Shown: positions 19,025 through 27,664 of the stretch, in pieces
Numbering within the stretch: position 1 is the first letter of the stretch
Layout of the letters: the number at the start of each line of letters is the position of its first letter
Source of the DNA: Nitrosospira multiformis ATCC 25196
GTDB lineage: Bacteria; Pseudomonadota; Gammaproteobacteria; Burkholderiales; Nitrosomonadaceae
Length of the DNA stretch: 32,000 bases
Direction of reading: 5' to 3'
Assembly: GCF_000196355.1 (NCBI RefSeq)
Contig: NC_007614.1
Location: 90,001 to 122,000, forward strand
Translations under genes and position numbers: made by a program
The notes under the pieces: generated by a model
The model's database searches: none
What the model was told of the DNA's origin: nothing
The model's input: only the letters and a program-made list of their open reading frames with translations

Positions 19025-19534
19025 TTGCAGCCAGGCATCAAACGGATCACGGTTCTGGTTTTTTCTTTGGGCGGGACCCTGCTGGCGGCGTGCGCTGGCC
19101 TCGGCTGGGAAGAGTCCGCGTTTACTCATGGAGGAAAGGTCAGCGGAAATCTCGCTGCACTTGCCCGCTGCACCGTCGACCAGCTTCAATCCGATAGTCG
19201 ATGGATGATCCGCACCCTGCAATATCAGGTTTTCAGCTACCGGGATATTGCTGCAATGGAAATCTACGCCTATCCTGAAGGTGCACTCGCAGGCACCTAT
19301 GCGCGCAACTCGCCTTCCAATCCCGATGCAGTGATCAGCTACGGCCCGCCCACTCCCCTGATCCATCCCGGCAAACCCGGCAGCAATGCTGACAAGGAAG
19401 TGGATCCCGATTATTCTTTCGTCCTCACCTTGAAACGAACGGATAATGCTACGGCATTTGCCACCGTCAGTGGGAGGAAATATGAAAGCCGGATTGCGTG
19501 GGAGACGCTGGAAGCCTGCGCGGGTCCCGAATAA
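19025..19534 (+). CDS. Hypothetical lipoprotein
   Basis: 169 aa. Signal peptide with lipobox (VLVFSLGGTLLAAC) and normal protein-like composition. TTG start is preceded by GGGGAGGAG. I prefer it over the 256-aa antisense ORF 18962..19732, which is low-complexity. Confidence 0.55.
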   Translation: MQPGIKRITVLVFSLGGTLLAACAGLGWEESAFTHGGKVSGNLAALARCTVDQLQSDSRWMIRTLQYQVFSYRDIAAMEIYAYPEGALAGTYARNSPSNPDAVISYGPPTPLIHPGKPGSNADKEVDPDYSFVLTLKRTDNATAFATVSGRKYESRIAWETLEACAGPE

Positions 19535-19723
19535 CTCCTGCTGAAAAAGCTGGAGGATGGCTGCATAAAAACATAAACCGGCTTTTTTGATTTTTCCCTC
19601 GAAACGCGCATAAGAAAAAAACAACCTCGCGAATGAAAATTGCGGATGCCGCAACACCTGTAACTTCAGGGGCGCGCCGGGTAGAATGCGCGGGCAATAT
19701 GGAATCGGGAATTGAAAGTGAAA

Positions 19724-21196
19724 ATGATGCATCTATCCAAATCAGTGGCAACATCCGGGTTCGTAACGGCTGCCCCGGTATTGATGTTGTTCGCCTCCCT
19801 GGCTATCGCGGGGGATTTCGAGGATGGGATGAAGTTCGTCCTCAGCAAGGACTATACCAAGGCAATGCAATCTTTCCGGAAAGCGGCCAATGCAGGAAAT
19901 GCTGACGCCCAGTTCAATCTGGGCGTGCTGTATTCACGGGGCCGCGGCGTGCCACAGGATCATGAGCAAGCCGCCAAGTGGTATCGCAGGGCGGCGGAGC
20001 AAGGGGACGCACCGGCACAATCCATGCTGGGGTATATGTATCTGAAAGGCCAGGGCGTCCCGCAGGATTATCAACAGGCAATGTTCTGGTATTTCCGAGC
20101 AGCCGACAGCGGATATGCGGTGGCGCAATACAATCTCGGGGTAATGTATGCAAAAGGCCAGGGCGTGGAAAAGGATTATCGGCACGCCCTCTCCTGGTAT
20201 CTGAAAGCTGCGGAGCAGGGACACGCACCTGCGCAGGCAATCATGGGATTCATGTATCTCAAGGGGCAGGGGGTCGAGCAGGATGACCATCAGGCTGTAT
20301 CCTGGTATCGCAAGGCAGCCGAGCAAGGGTATGGCGAAGCGCAATATGCTCTTGGCGTGCTCTACGCCAAGGGCCGGGGAGTAGCGCAGAGCAACCAGGA
20401 AGCCGCCTCCTGGTACCGCAAGGCTGCTGAGCAGGGGAACACGGATGCACAGTTCAATCTCGGCATGATGTTCGCCACGGGAGAAGGAGTCACGCAGGAT
20501 TATCGGCAGGCAGCGTCCTTGTATCGCCAGGCGGCCGATCAGGGATATGCGCGGGCCCAGTTCAAACTCGGGGTGGCAAATGCCAAAGGGCTCGGTATTC
20601 CGGAGGACGCTTACGAAGCAGCGGCATGGTACCGCAAGGCGGCCGAGCAGGGCTATGCTCCTGCCCAGTTCAATCTGGGCGTGATGTATGCGACGGGTAA
20701 AGGCGTCATTAGGGATGAGCGGCAGGCGGTATCATGGTATCGACAGGCGGCCGAGCAAGGAGACCCGGATGCGCAATATAACCTGGGGGTAAGGTATGAC
20801 ACGGGACGGGGCATCGAAAAGGATCCACAACAGGCAGTAGCCTGGTATCGCAAGGCGGCAGAGCAAGGCTATGCACGGGCACAATACAGCGTGGGCGTGA
20901 AGTATGACAGCGGGCAGGGAGTGCCGCAAGATTACGCGCAGGCGCTAGCCTGGTACCTGAAGGCCGCGGAGCAGGGGCATGCGGGCGCCCAGACCAATCT
21001 CGGCGTGCTGTATTACAACGGCAATGGCGTGAAGCAGGATTATGTGGAAGCCGACAAGTGGTTCAGCATCGCCAGCGCCGGCGGCTACGAGGATGCCAAA
21101 GAGAATCGCGAACTGATGGAAAAGCTGATGACACCGATGCAAATCGCCGATGCGCGACGGGAGGCGGATGAATGGGCAAGAGCACACCAACGGTAA
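19724..21196 (+). CDS. Secreted Sel1-repeat (SLR/TPR-like) protein
   Basis: Signal peptide (MMHLSKSVATSGFVTAAPVLMLFASLAIAG) followed by 11 consecutive 36-aa Sel1 units of consensus A.(W/F)YRKAAEQG.A.AQ.NLGVMY..G.GV.QD..QA, plus a C-terminal cap. The first ATG is at 19724; the ORF track starts at TTG 19712. Confidence 0.9.
   Translation: MMHLSKSVATSGFVTAAPVLMLFASLAIAGDFEDGMKFVLSKDYTKAMQSFRKAANAGNADAQFNLGVLYSRGRGVPQDHEQAAKWYRRAAEQGDAPAQSMLGYMYLKGQGVPQDYQQAMFWYFRAADSGYAVAQYNLGVMYAKGQGVEKDYRHALSWYLKAAEQGHAPAQAIMGFMYLKGQGVEQDDHQAVSWYRKAAEQGYGEAQYALGVLYAKGRGVAQSNQEAASWYRKAAEQGNTDAQFNLGMMFATGEGVTQDYRQAASLYRQAADQGYARAQFKLGVANAKGLGIPEDAYEAAAWYRKAAEQGYAPAQFNLGVMYATGKGVIRDERQAVSWYRQAAEQGDPDAQYNLGVRYDTGRGIEKDPQQAVAWYRKAAEQGYARAQYSVGVKYDSGQGVPQDYAQALAWYLKAAEQGHAGAQTNLGVLYYNGNGVKQDYVEADKWFSIASAGGYEDAKENRELMEKLMTPMQIADARREADEWARAHQR
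19862..21049 (+). repeat. Tandem array of 11 x 108-bp coding repeats (Sel1 units)
   Basis: Unit boundaries were read from the protein: AMQSFRKAANAGNADAQFNLGVLYSRGRGVPQDHEQ, AAKWYRRAAEQGDAPAQSMLGYMYLKGQGVPQDYQQ, and so on to ALAWYLKAAEQGHAGAQTNLGVLYYNGNGVKQDYVE. The units have diverged at the DNA level and are not identical copies. Confidence 0.85.
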
Positions 21197-21554
21197 TTCT
21201 GTTACCGTTACTCCCTCTCCTTTCCGCTTCCATCAGCTGCTTCCCCGCGGAACGAACAGTTTTCTGCTCGTATTGAATAATCATTCCCGCCTTCGCTTCC
21301 TGCTCGTTTTCAGCTCTCCGTCCTCGGTTCCCTTTGCTCTGGAGGCCCCCCGATCAGCTGTCACAGGAGGAGCGGGAGGCAGGATAGGAGCAAGGGCGGA
21401 CAGGAGCACTGACATCCTTCACTCCTTCTGCACGCGGGGAGGACGCCGCGCACGCTGCTGACGGAGTCGTGCCGATATCGACCTCCTCGTGCGGCTGCGC
21501 TTACCGCCGCTCTCACCGGTGTGGCAAAAACGTCTTGACCACTGCAATCGGTAA

Positions 21555-22558
21555 AGTGTACTTTGGATTCAGAACGACTCAAGCCGACTCAGAAAGCGCT
21601 TTGAAACCAAGACTTTTATAATATCTCCAGTCATCGAGCGGGTGCCTCCGTTGGAATCGCCAGCCAGGAATCGGGAAGTGCGGCCTGTAGAGCCAGTCGT
21701 GGCCGATAACCGGATGGGGCGTCTGGCGACGGCGCTGCTTTGCTGGATTCGGTGGACGAGCGCCATGTGCAGCATTTCGTTTCGGCCGGGGTGCTGGAAA
21801 AAGCGGGGCGCATCGATCTTGGCCCTTTGCTCGGGGAGGCGGTGAGGATGCTCACTGCGGAAAAGCGGCACCAGCGGCTGCTGGACAAGCTGTTGCGCGA
21901 GGCTGATGAATATGTGACCGCGAACGAATCCCGTATCCGTCAGCGGGTGCGCGAAAACACAGCCTGGTTCTGGCAGCGGCTTTCGATGGATGAGAAGGTG
22001 GGGGAAAGCGTGGTGGCAGCCCTGCGCGAGGTGGTGGCGGAGATCGCGCGCGACCCTGCCCACCCCCTGCGCTTGCGACTGGATGCTGCCATCGGCAAGC
22101 TTGCCTCCGACCTGGCTACTTCACCCGAGTATCGCGAGCAGGTTGCCGCCCACACCCGCAAGCTGCTGGAGCATCCGGCCTTGCGGGACTACGCGGACGG
22201 AGTCTGGCGCGACCTCCGCAACGGGATGCGCGAGGACATCGACAGCGAGGACTCGGCAATCAGGGGGTGGATGCGGGGCCTCATACAGTCGGGCACCGAT
22301 ACTGTACTTGAGGACCGTGGTTTGCGGGAGCGGCTCAATAACTGGATGCGGGAGGTGCTGGTGGAAGCGGTGCAGTCTCACCAGCGCGATGTGGGCAGGC
22401 TGATTGCCGACACCGTGCGGGAGTGGGACACGCAGACAGTGACGCACCGCATCGAGCGGCAGGTGGGCGAGGACCTGCAGTACATCCGCATCAATGGCAC
22501 GCTGATAGGCGGACTGGCAGGCCTGGCGATCTACACCATCGCCCACCTGTTCGCTTGA
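21555..22558 (+). pseudogene. DUF445 (YjiN-like) gene, 5' third decayed; only the 3' 272 codons remain open
   Basis: The open part (21740..22558) ends REWDTQTVTHRIERQVGEDLQYIRINGTLIGGLAGLAIYTIAHLF. This matches the DUF445 C-terminus (E. coli YjiN ...[31 protein letters not shown]...) and begins at roughly residue 150 of a ~420-aa family. Upstream, a different frame still reads ...FIISPVIERV...VVADNRMGRLATALL (compare FL.SPEVIAR and PDNAHRVG..LL in family members). That frame is separated from the open part by a frameshift near 21735 and bounded by a stop at 21552-21554. No intact N-terminal membrane segment or ADWFAV motif was found. Confidence 0.65.
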
Positions 22559-22665
22559 TCTCCAGCCGCTACAAACATCCTTCCTCCGGCTCATCCTGCT
22601 GTCCCGACCGGTCCTGCGCGTGCAGAAAGGCGCGACGAGCAGATGCAGAGCAGTCACGAGCGATT

Positions 22666-23535
22666 CTAGTTCCGATCCATTTTCCGGTACTGCACCGCTT
22701 CAGCAATGTGGGCGCCGGTAATTCCTGGGCTTGCGGCTAAATCAGCAATCGTGCGCGCGACTTTCAGAATGCGATGGTAAGCCCGGGGGGAAAGATTTAG
22801 ACGGCTGATAGCCTGTCCGAGCAGGTTCTCCCCCGGCTTGTCCGGAATACAGTATTTGTCGATATCCTTTACCGCCAGATAGGCATTCGCCCTTCCCTGG
22901 CGCTCCAGTTGCCGCTGATAAGCGGCCTGCACGCGCCTCTGGATGATTTCGCTGGATTCCCCCTGCGCCTGCCGCATCAGGTCCTCTTGAGGCGGAGCGG
23001 GCACTTCGATCTGTATATCGATTCGGTCCAGGAGGGGGCCGGAGATCTTTCCACGGTAGCGCGCCACTTGGTCAGACGTGCAGCGGCATTTTCCGCTGAA
23101 ATGTCCGAGGTAGCCGCAAAGACAGGGGTTCATGGCTGCAACCAGTTGGAAGCGTGCGGGAAATTCCGCCTGTCGTGCCGCCCGCGAAATCGTGATGCGT
23201 CCCGATTCCAGAGGTTCGCGCAATACCTCCAATACCTTGCGATCGAACTCGGGCAATTCATCCAGAAACAATACCCCGTTCGCTGCCAGTGAAATCTCCC
23301 CGGGACGGGGATTGCTGCCGCCTCCGACAAGAGCAACGCCCGAAGCCGTGTGGTGCGGGGAACGATAGGGACGCCGCTTCCAGTTGGCAACGCTGAACCC
23401 GCTACTTCCGAGGGACTGCATTGCTGCCGATTCGAGTGCTTCCTCTTCGGACATGGCAGGCAGGATGCCGGGGAGACGTGCCGCCAGCATGGACTTACCG
23501 GTACCGGGAGGGCCGACCATCAGGACATTGTGTCC
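22666..23535 (-). pseudogene. comM: comM/yifB (Mg-chelatase-like AAA+ competence protein), 3' ~290 codons only; 5' part displaced by the island
   Basis: The reverse strand reads GHNVLMVGPPGTGKSMLAARL (Walker A), VLFLDELPEF (Walker B) and a C-terminal LSPRAYHRILKVARTIADL. Immediately upstream of GHN the frame reads I-I preceded by a stop (23542-23544). Full-length ComM/YifB has ~210 more N-terminal residues. Confidence 0.85.
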
Positions 23536-23562
23536 TATTATCTATTATATAATTGATGAGCC

Positions 23563-25186
23563 ATGCGAAAAGCCTATTCATACATTCGAATGTCCACAGA
23601 TAAACAGCTCAGTGGAGATAGTCTTCGGAGACAACGTGAAGCCTCAGAAAAATACGCCAAGGCTCACGGTCTAGAGTTGATCGAGACGTTAGATGGGAAA
23701 GATTTGAGAGATATCGGCGTGTCCGGATTCAAAGGTGCTAACTCTAGAAGGGGGGTTCTTTCAGTTTTTCTTGAGCATCTTAACGATGGGAAGATTGACG
23801 CTAATAGCATTCTCTTAATCGAAAGCTTCGATCGGTTATCCCGTGCGGACGTCCTTGATGCATTCTCGTTGTTTACCAATATTTTAAACAAGGGTATCGA
23901 GATCATAACGCTGTCTGACAATCAGCGGTATACGAGAGATTCAGTAAGGGTAAACCCTGGGCAGCTTTTTCTAACTATTGGAATAATGACCAGAGCAAAT
24001 GAGGAATCTGTAACTAAGTCTAAACGAGGTCTATCAGTTTGGAACAATAAAAGAGACAACGCGCAGAAGAAGCCGATAACATCACGTTGTCCAGCTTGGT
24101 TAACTTACTCTTCAGAGAGTGAAAAATTTGAGGTAATCGAAGAGCGTGCAAGGGTAGTTAGACTCATTTTTGAGCTCTGCGCAAAGACAAGCGGAACATG
24201 GTCGATTTCGAGATACCTTAATCGTCACAATATCCCTGTTTTTGGTGATGCTCAATTTTGGCAGAAGTCGTACGTGAACAAAATTTTATCGAACAGAGCG
24301 GTGTTGGGGGAATTTCAGCCTAATTCACGGGAGAGCGGTCAACGTATACCAGTAGGAAAAGTGATCGAAAATTACTATCCGGCCATAATTTCGGCTACTG
24401 AGTTCCACTTAGCTTGGGCCGCGCGTGACAGAAGAAATAAGACTGGCAGCGGCAGAAAGGGGATAAATTTTTCAAATCTATTCTCCGGTCTGGTTTATTG
24501 CGGTAACTGCGGTTCAAAAATGAGCGTTAGAAATCGGGGTGTACCGCCAAAAGGTGGTAAATGGCTTGTTTGCCAAAATCATTTGGCAGGGGCTGGGTGT
24601 GAAATGCGCGAATGGAAACTCCCTCTAGTAGAAGATGCGATATTCAAGCATTTATACGAGGTTGATTTCAGCGAATTACTGGGCAACAAATCTGCAGGTT
24701 TTGACATCGAGAAAGAGCTATTTGCATTACAGGTAGAGCAAAAAGAGCTTGAGTCAAAAATGGATCAAGCTATTGAAATGTCAGCGGCTCAAGAGTTGAA
24801 TGAACAATCTCGATTCAGGTATGTGAAGCTGATCAATCAGCTTGAGAGTGATATTAACGAGAAAAAAAAATGTATTTCAAGCAAAGAGAAGGAATTAGAA
24901 GTATTCAAAAGTCAGCAAAGCCTCCTTCATACAAAAGAATTAAAGGAGACTCTCTTGCTGTTAGAAAAAAATAAAGATGATTACTACTTTCGCTCCTCTG
25001 TTAATCAGTTGCTGACCAGAACTATAGCTCGAATTGATTTGATTACAGATCATGGAGGTCCCTTACCTTGGGAAATTGAACCTGATGACAAGATCGTAGG
25101 AAATTTCCGTGCGTTGTATCCAAAACTCAGCAGTTTATCTATCGATGAATTAGTTCTTCAGAGGGTTTTCCTAGACTACATAACAC
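23563..25186 (+). pseudogene. Large serine recombinase (island integrase), codons 1-541 plus the first base of codon 542; 3' end cut by an IS insertion
   Basis: Resolvase-type catalytic domain (AYSYIRMSTDKQ with the Ser nucleophile, ESFDRLSR), a recombinase domain, a Zn-ribbon cysteine cluster (YCGNCGSK...CQNH...GC) and a long coiled-coil. The last three codons and stop of the track ORF (LIC-stop, 25186-25197) are read from the IS terminal repeat. Confidence 0.85.
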
Positions 25187-25231
25187 TGATCTGCTAAGAA
25201 TTTTGTGACCACCCTCTAAGTGAGTCTTCAT
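25187..25231 (+). repeat. IS left terminal inverted repeat (IRL)
   Basis: TGATCTGCTAAGAATTTTGTGACCACCCTCTAAGTGAGTCTTCAT. With one 1-nt gap it aligns to the reverse complement of 26341-26385 at roughly three quarters of positions (hand alignment). Confidence 0.75.
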
Positions 25232-25255
25232 GTTAATTTTGACATGGAGGCGAAA

Positions 25256-25522
25256 ATGAAGAAGCGATTCAGTGAAGAGCAGATTATTGGGATACTGAGG
25301 GAAGGTGAAGCGGATGGGGTGGTTATCCGAGATGTATGCCGCAAGCACAACATTACGGAGCAGACATTTTTCCGGTGGCGCACGAAGTTTGGAGGTATGA
25401 CGGTATCGGATGCGCGCCGGTTAAAGGATCTGGAGTCGGAGAATGCGAAGCTGAAGAAGATTGTTGCTGAGCAGATGCTGGCTATCGAGGGTTTGAAGGA
25501 GATTGCCACAAAAAAATGGTAA
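25256..25522 (+). CDS. IS3-family transposase OrfA (HTH + leucine zipper)
   Basis: [73 protein letters not shown] is the typical IS3/IS407 OrfA. ATG 25256 is preceded by GGAGG. Confidence 0.85.
   Translation: MKKRFSEEQIIGILREGEADGVVIRDVCRKHNITEQTFFRWRTKFGGMTVSDARRLKDLESENAKLKKIVAEQMLAIEGLKEIATKKW
25510..25516 (+). promoter_or_regulatory. Probable programmed -1 ribosomal frameshift site (A AAA AAA)
   Basis: A run of seven A residues lies at the orfA/orfB overlap, with orfB in the -1 frame. This is the standard IS3-family arrangement. Confidence 0.6.
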
Positions 25523-26337
25523 CCCCGGCAGCCAGACGCGAAGCGCTTGGAATTTTGACGGGCAAGGGGTTATCGCAGCGATCAGCGTGTCGAATTGTCG
25601 GGGTAAGCCGTCGTATTGGCAGTTATGAGGTCAAGCAGCCCGTTAAGGATCGTGCTGTTGCCACACGGATAATTGAAGCATCAAGCCGCTATCCCCGTTT
25701 TGGGTATCGGCGCATTGCTGTCATGACTGATCAGAGTATGGGGCGTGTGTGGCGCTTGTGGGGTAAGCTGGGACTAAGCTTGCCCAGGCGCAGGCCCAGG
25801 AAACGCCGCTGCGGGACGGATATACGCCTTCCTGGAGCAACAAAACCAAACAGTGTCTGGACTTATGATTTCGTCCATGACCGGCTGGCCAATGGGCAGA
25901 CGCTAAAGCTGCTTTGCGTGCTGGATGAGCATACGCGTGAGTGCCTTGCAATCGAAGTCGGCAAATCGCTGCGTAACCAGGATGTCATCCTGACCCTGTC
26001 ACGGCTGATGCGTATCTATGGAAAGCCTGCCTTTATTCGCTCGGACAATGGCGCTGAATTTACTGCAACCGCAGTAATGACATGGCTGCGAGACAATAAC
26101 GTGGGGCCAGCCTTTATCAAGCCTGGCAGCCCTTGGCAGAATGGATTCGTGGAAAGCTTCAACGGTAAATTGCGTGATGAATGCCTCAACCGCGAATGGT
26201 TCATCACACGGCAGGAAGCGAAAGTATTGATCGAGAAATGGCGGCAGTTTTATAACAACGAGCGCCCGCATTCTGCGCTCGCCAACCGAACTCCAGCCCA
26301 GGCAGGCTTGCAAAGGTTGCAAATCCAGAATGTTTGA
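25516..26337 (+). CDS. IS3-family transposase OrfB (DDE/rve integrase core), expressed as an OrfAB fusion
   Basis: rve-type core with [20 protein letters not shown] and [13 protein letters not shown] (the D, D, E regions). It lies in the -1 frame relative to orfA. Confidence 0.85.
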   Translation: MVTPAARREALGILTGKGLSQRSACRIVGVSRRIGSYEVKQPVKDRAVATRIIEASSRYPRFGYRRIAVMTDQSMGRVWRLWGKLGLSLPRRRPRKRRCGTDIRLPGATKPNSVWTYDFVHDRLANGQTLKLLCVLDEHTRECLAIEVGKSLRNQDVILTLSRLMRIYGKPAFIRSDNGAEFTATAVMTWLRDNNVGPAFIKPGSPWQNGFVESFNGKLRDECLNREWFITRQEAKVLIEKWRQFYNNERPHSALANRTPAQAGLQRLQIQNV

Positions 26338-26340
26338 ACC

Positions 26341-26385
26341 GGAAGACCCACTTCGAAACTGGCTACAAAAATCAATAGCAGGTCA
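26341..26385 (-). repeat. IS right terminal inverted repeat (IRR)
   Basis: The reverse complement reads TGACCTGCTATTGATTTTTGTAGCCAGTTTCGAAGTGGGTCTTCC. It is followed on the plus strand by the ACAC target duplication. Confidence 0.75.
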
Positions 26386-26508
26386 ACACTCTATTCCAAA
26401 CAAATTAGAGTTGAGTATCGAACCGGTGTAGTAAGGCACATTTTTATGGGAGAAAATTTTTCACTGGTTGTGAATAGGTTCCGGGGCAATTCAAACAAGC
26501 TGAACTAA
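26386..26508 (+). pseudogene. Displaced 3' end of the large serine recombinase gene (39 codons + stop)
   Basis: Removing 25187-26385 and one ACAC copy joins ...GAC TAC ATA ACA C to TC TAT TCC AAA..., which stays in frame. The result reads ...DYIT-LYSKQIRVEYRTGVVRHIFMGENFSLVVNRFRGNSNKLN-stop (TAA 26506-26508), restoring a 580-codon ORF. Confidence 0.7.
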
Positions 26509-26674
26509 ATGAGGACAGCAAGCAGTTCGTAGAAGAGGAATTCTGACCTTTGTTAAGGTCCTCTGCACTTCAATCTCAGCTGGTAAACATTGTGCTCCTG
26601 CTTTCGCCCCCTCAAGACGTTACGATTAACCAACCGTTACGGCCCGTTAATAATCTGAATCCGTAACTTCAGTC

Positions 26675-27574
26675 ATGAACTTCATATTAGAACTCTTGCG
26701 TAGGGAACAAGGCCGACAGCAGAAAGAGCTGGAATTTTCTCAACTTCCATATCAACAGAGAGTTGCTCAACTCAAGGAGCAGAAGCTCCCTCTTTTTTTC
26801 TATAAATATCATTCTCTGCACTCCCATAATCCGAATAAGCCTCAGGAGAAATGGGAGCATGCTAGCGACTATTTAATAAATTCCCGGTTTTACCTTAGCA
26901 GACCCGCGAATTTCAACGATCCGTTTGACATGAGAGCTTATTTTACAGACAGTGTCCCTAAAGAAAAGAAACGATATTTTTTAGACCAACTCCTAAAAAT
27001 AAGAACACCCCAGTTAACCGAGAAAGATCGGGTACTAGAAGTTAAAAAGCTCTTAGATAACCCAGAAAAATTGCGAACGATCCACAAGCTTACCCTAGAC
27101 GAAGCTGTAGATTCATTTGGCGTCTCCTGCCTAAGCACAGCACCTTGCAATATTCTTATGTGGAGCCATTACGCGAATCACCATCGAGGGATTGCTTTTC
27201 AATTCAATTTTGCAATTGATATTTTTTCTTTTAAGTGGCTGCAGCCTGTCTCTTACTCAAATGATTTTCCAGGTATTGAATACTTTGAGCGGCGCGATAA
27301 TAAATACTCAATCGCCTTACTGACAAAGCATCACGGGTGGGAGTATGAAAAAGAGTGGCGCATTGTAAAACCTAATGGTGCAGGAACGTATCAAGACTTT
27401 AATTCGAAAATACTGACGGGAGTAATATTAGGCTGTCGAATTGATAGAAAAGATGAAGATAAGATACGAACAATGATAGAGCAACGGAAAGAACAAGGTT
27501 TGTCCTCCGTAAAACTTTACAAACTCCGGCAGCACGAATCGAGATATAAATTGGTTATCAAGCATGTTGAATGA
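26675..27574 (+). CDS. DUF2971-family protein
   Basis: 299 aa. FFYKYHSL...INSRFYLSRPANFNDPFD, then VSCLSTAPCNILMWSHYANHHRGIAFQF and GWEYEKEWRIV, match the DUF2971 pattern as I remember it. No signal peptide or TM segment. Confidence 0.7.
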   Translation: MNFILELLRREQGRQQKELEFSQLPYQQRVAQLKEQKLPLFFYKYHSLHSHNPNKPQEKWEHASDYLINSRFYLSRPANFNDPFDMRAYFTDSVPKEKKRYFLDQLLKIRTPQLTEKDRVLEVKKLLDNPEKLRTIHKLTLDEAVDSFGVSCLSTAPCNILMWSHYANHHRGIAFQFNFAIDIFSFKWLQPVSYSNDFPGIEYFERRDNKYSIALLTKHHGWEYEKEWRIVKPNGAGTYQDFNSKILTGVILGCRIDRKDEDKIRTMIEQRKEQGLSSVKLYKLRQHESRYKLVIKHVE

Positions 27575-27664
27575 GAAAGCTCAATTTTTTGCACACTGGC
27601 TGCGAAAACAGAACTCAAGTTTGAGGGTCAGTAGATAGGATTTTACCGGTTACCGAAAGGCTAA

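Larger units (their letters stand above)
25187..26385 (+). mobile_element. Complete IS3-family insertion sequence (IS407-group-like), 1199 bp
   Basis: Terminal inverted repeats start TGATCTGCTA... on the left and TGACCTGCTA... on the right (reverse complement). A perfect 4-bp direct repeat ACAC flanks the element (25183-25186 and 26386-26389). orfA/orfB overlap with an A7 slippery run. The TGACCTGC-type termini, ~1.2 kb size and 4-bp duplication fit the IS407 group as I recall it. Confidence 0.85.

Noticed and set aside
18962-19732. 256-aa minus-strand ORF overlapping the lipoprotein gene
   Set aside because: The plus-strand ORF has a clean signal peptide, lipobox and ordinary composition. 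The minus-strand product is low-complexity and runs across two intergenic regions.
19862-21049. Regular 108-bp periodic repeats that could be mistaken for a repeat/spacer array
   Set aside because: The periodicity is entirely explained by in-frame 36-aa Sel1 protein repeats. There are no short identical direct repeats with unique spacers, so it is not a CRISPR array.
21569-22657. Two minus-strand ORFs (164 and 178 aa) opposite the DUF445 gene
   Set aside because: They are antisense to sequence carrying the conserved DUF445 C-terminal motif and have junk-like composition.
26410-26435. GGTTCGATACTC on the minus strand, resembling a tRNA T-loop
   Set aside because: The flanking bases cannot form a T-stem or acceptor stem. 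The segment lies inside the displaced recombinase 3' coding fragment.
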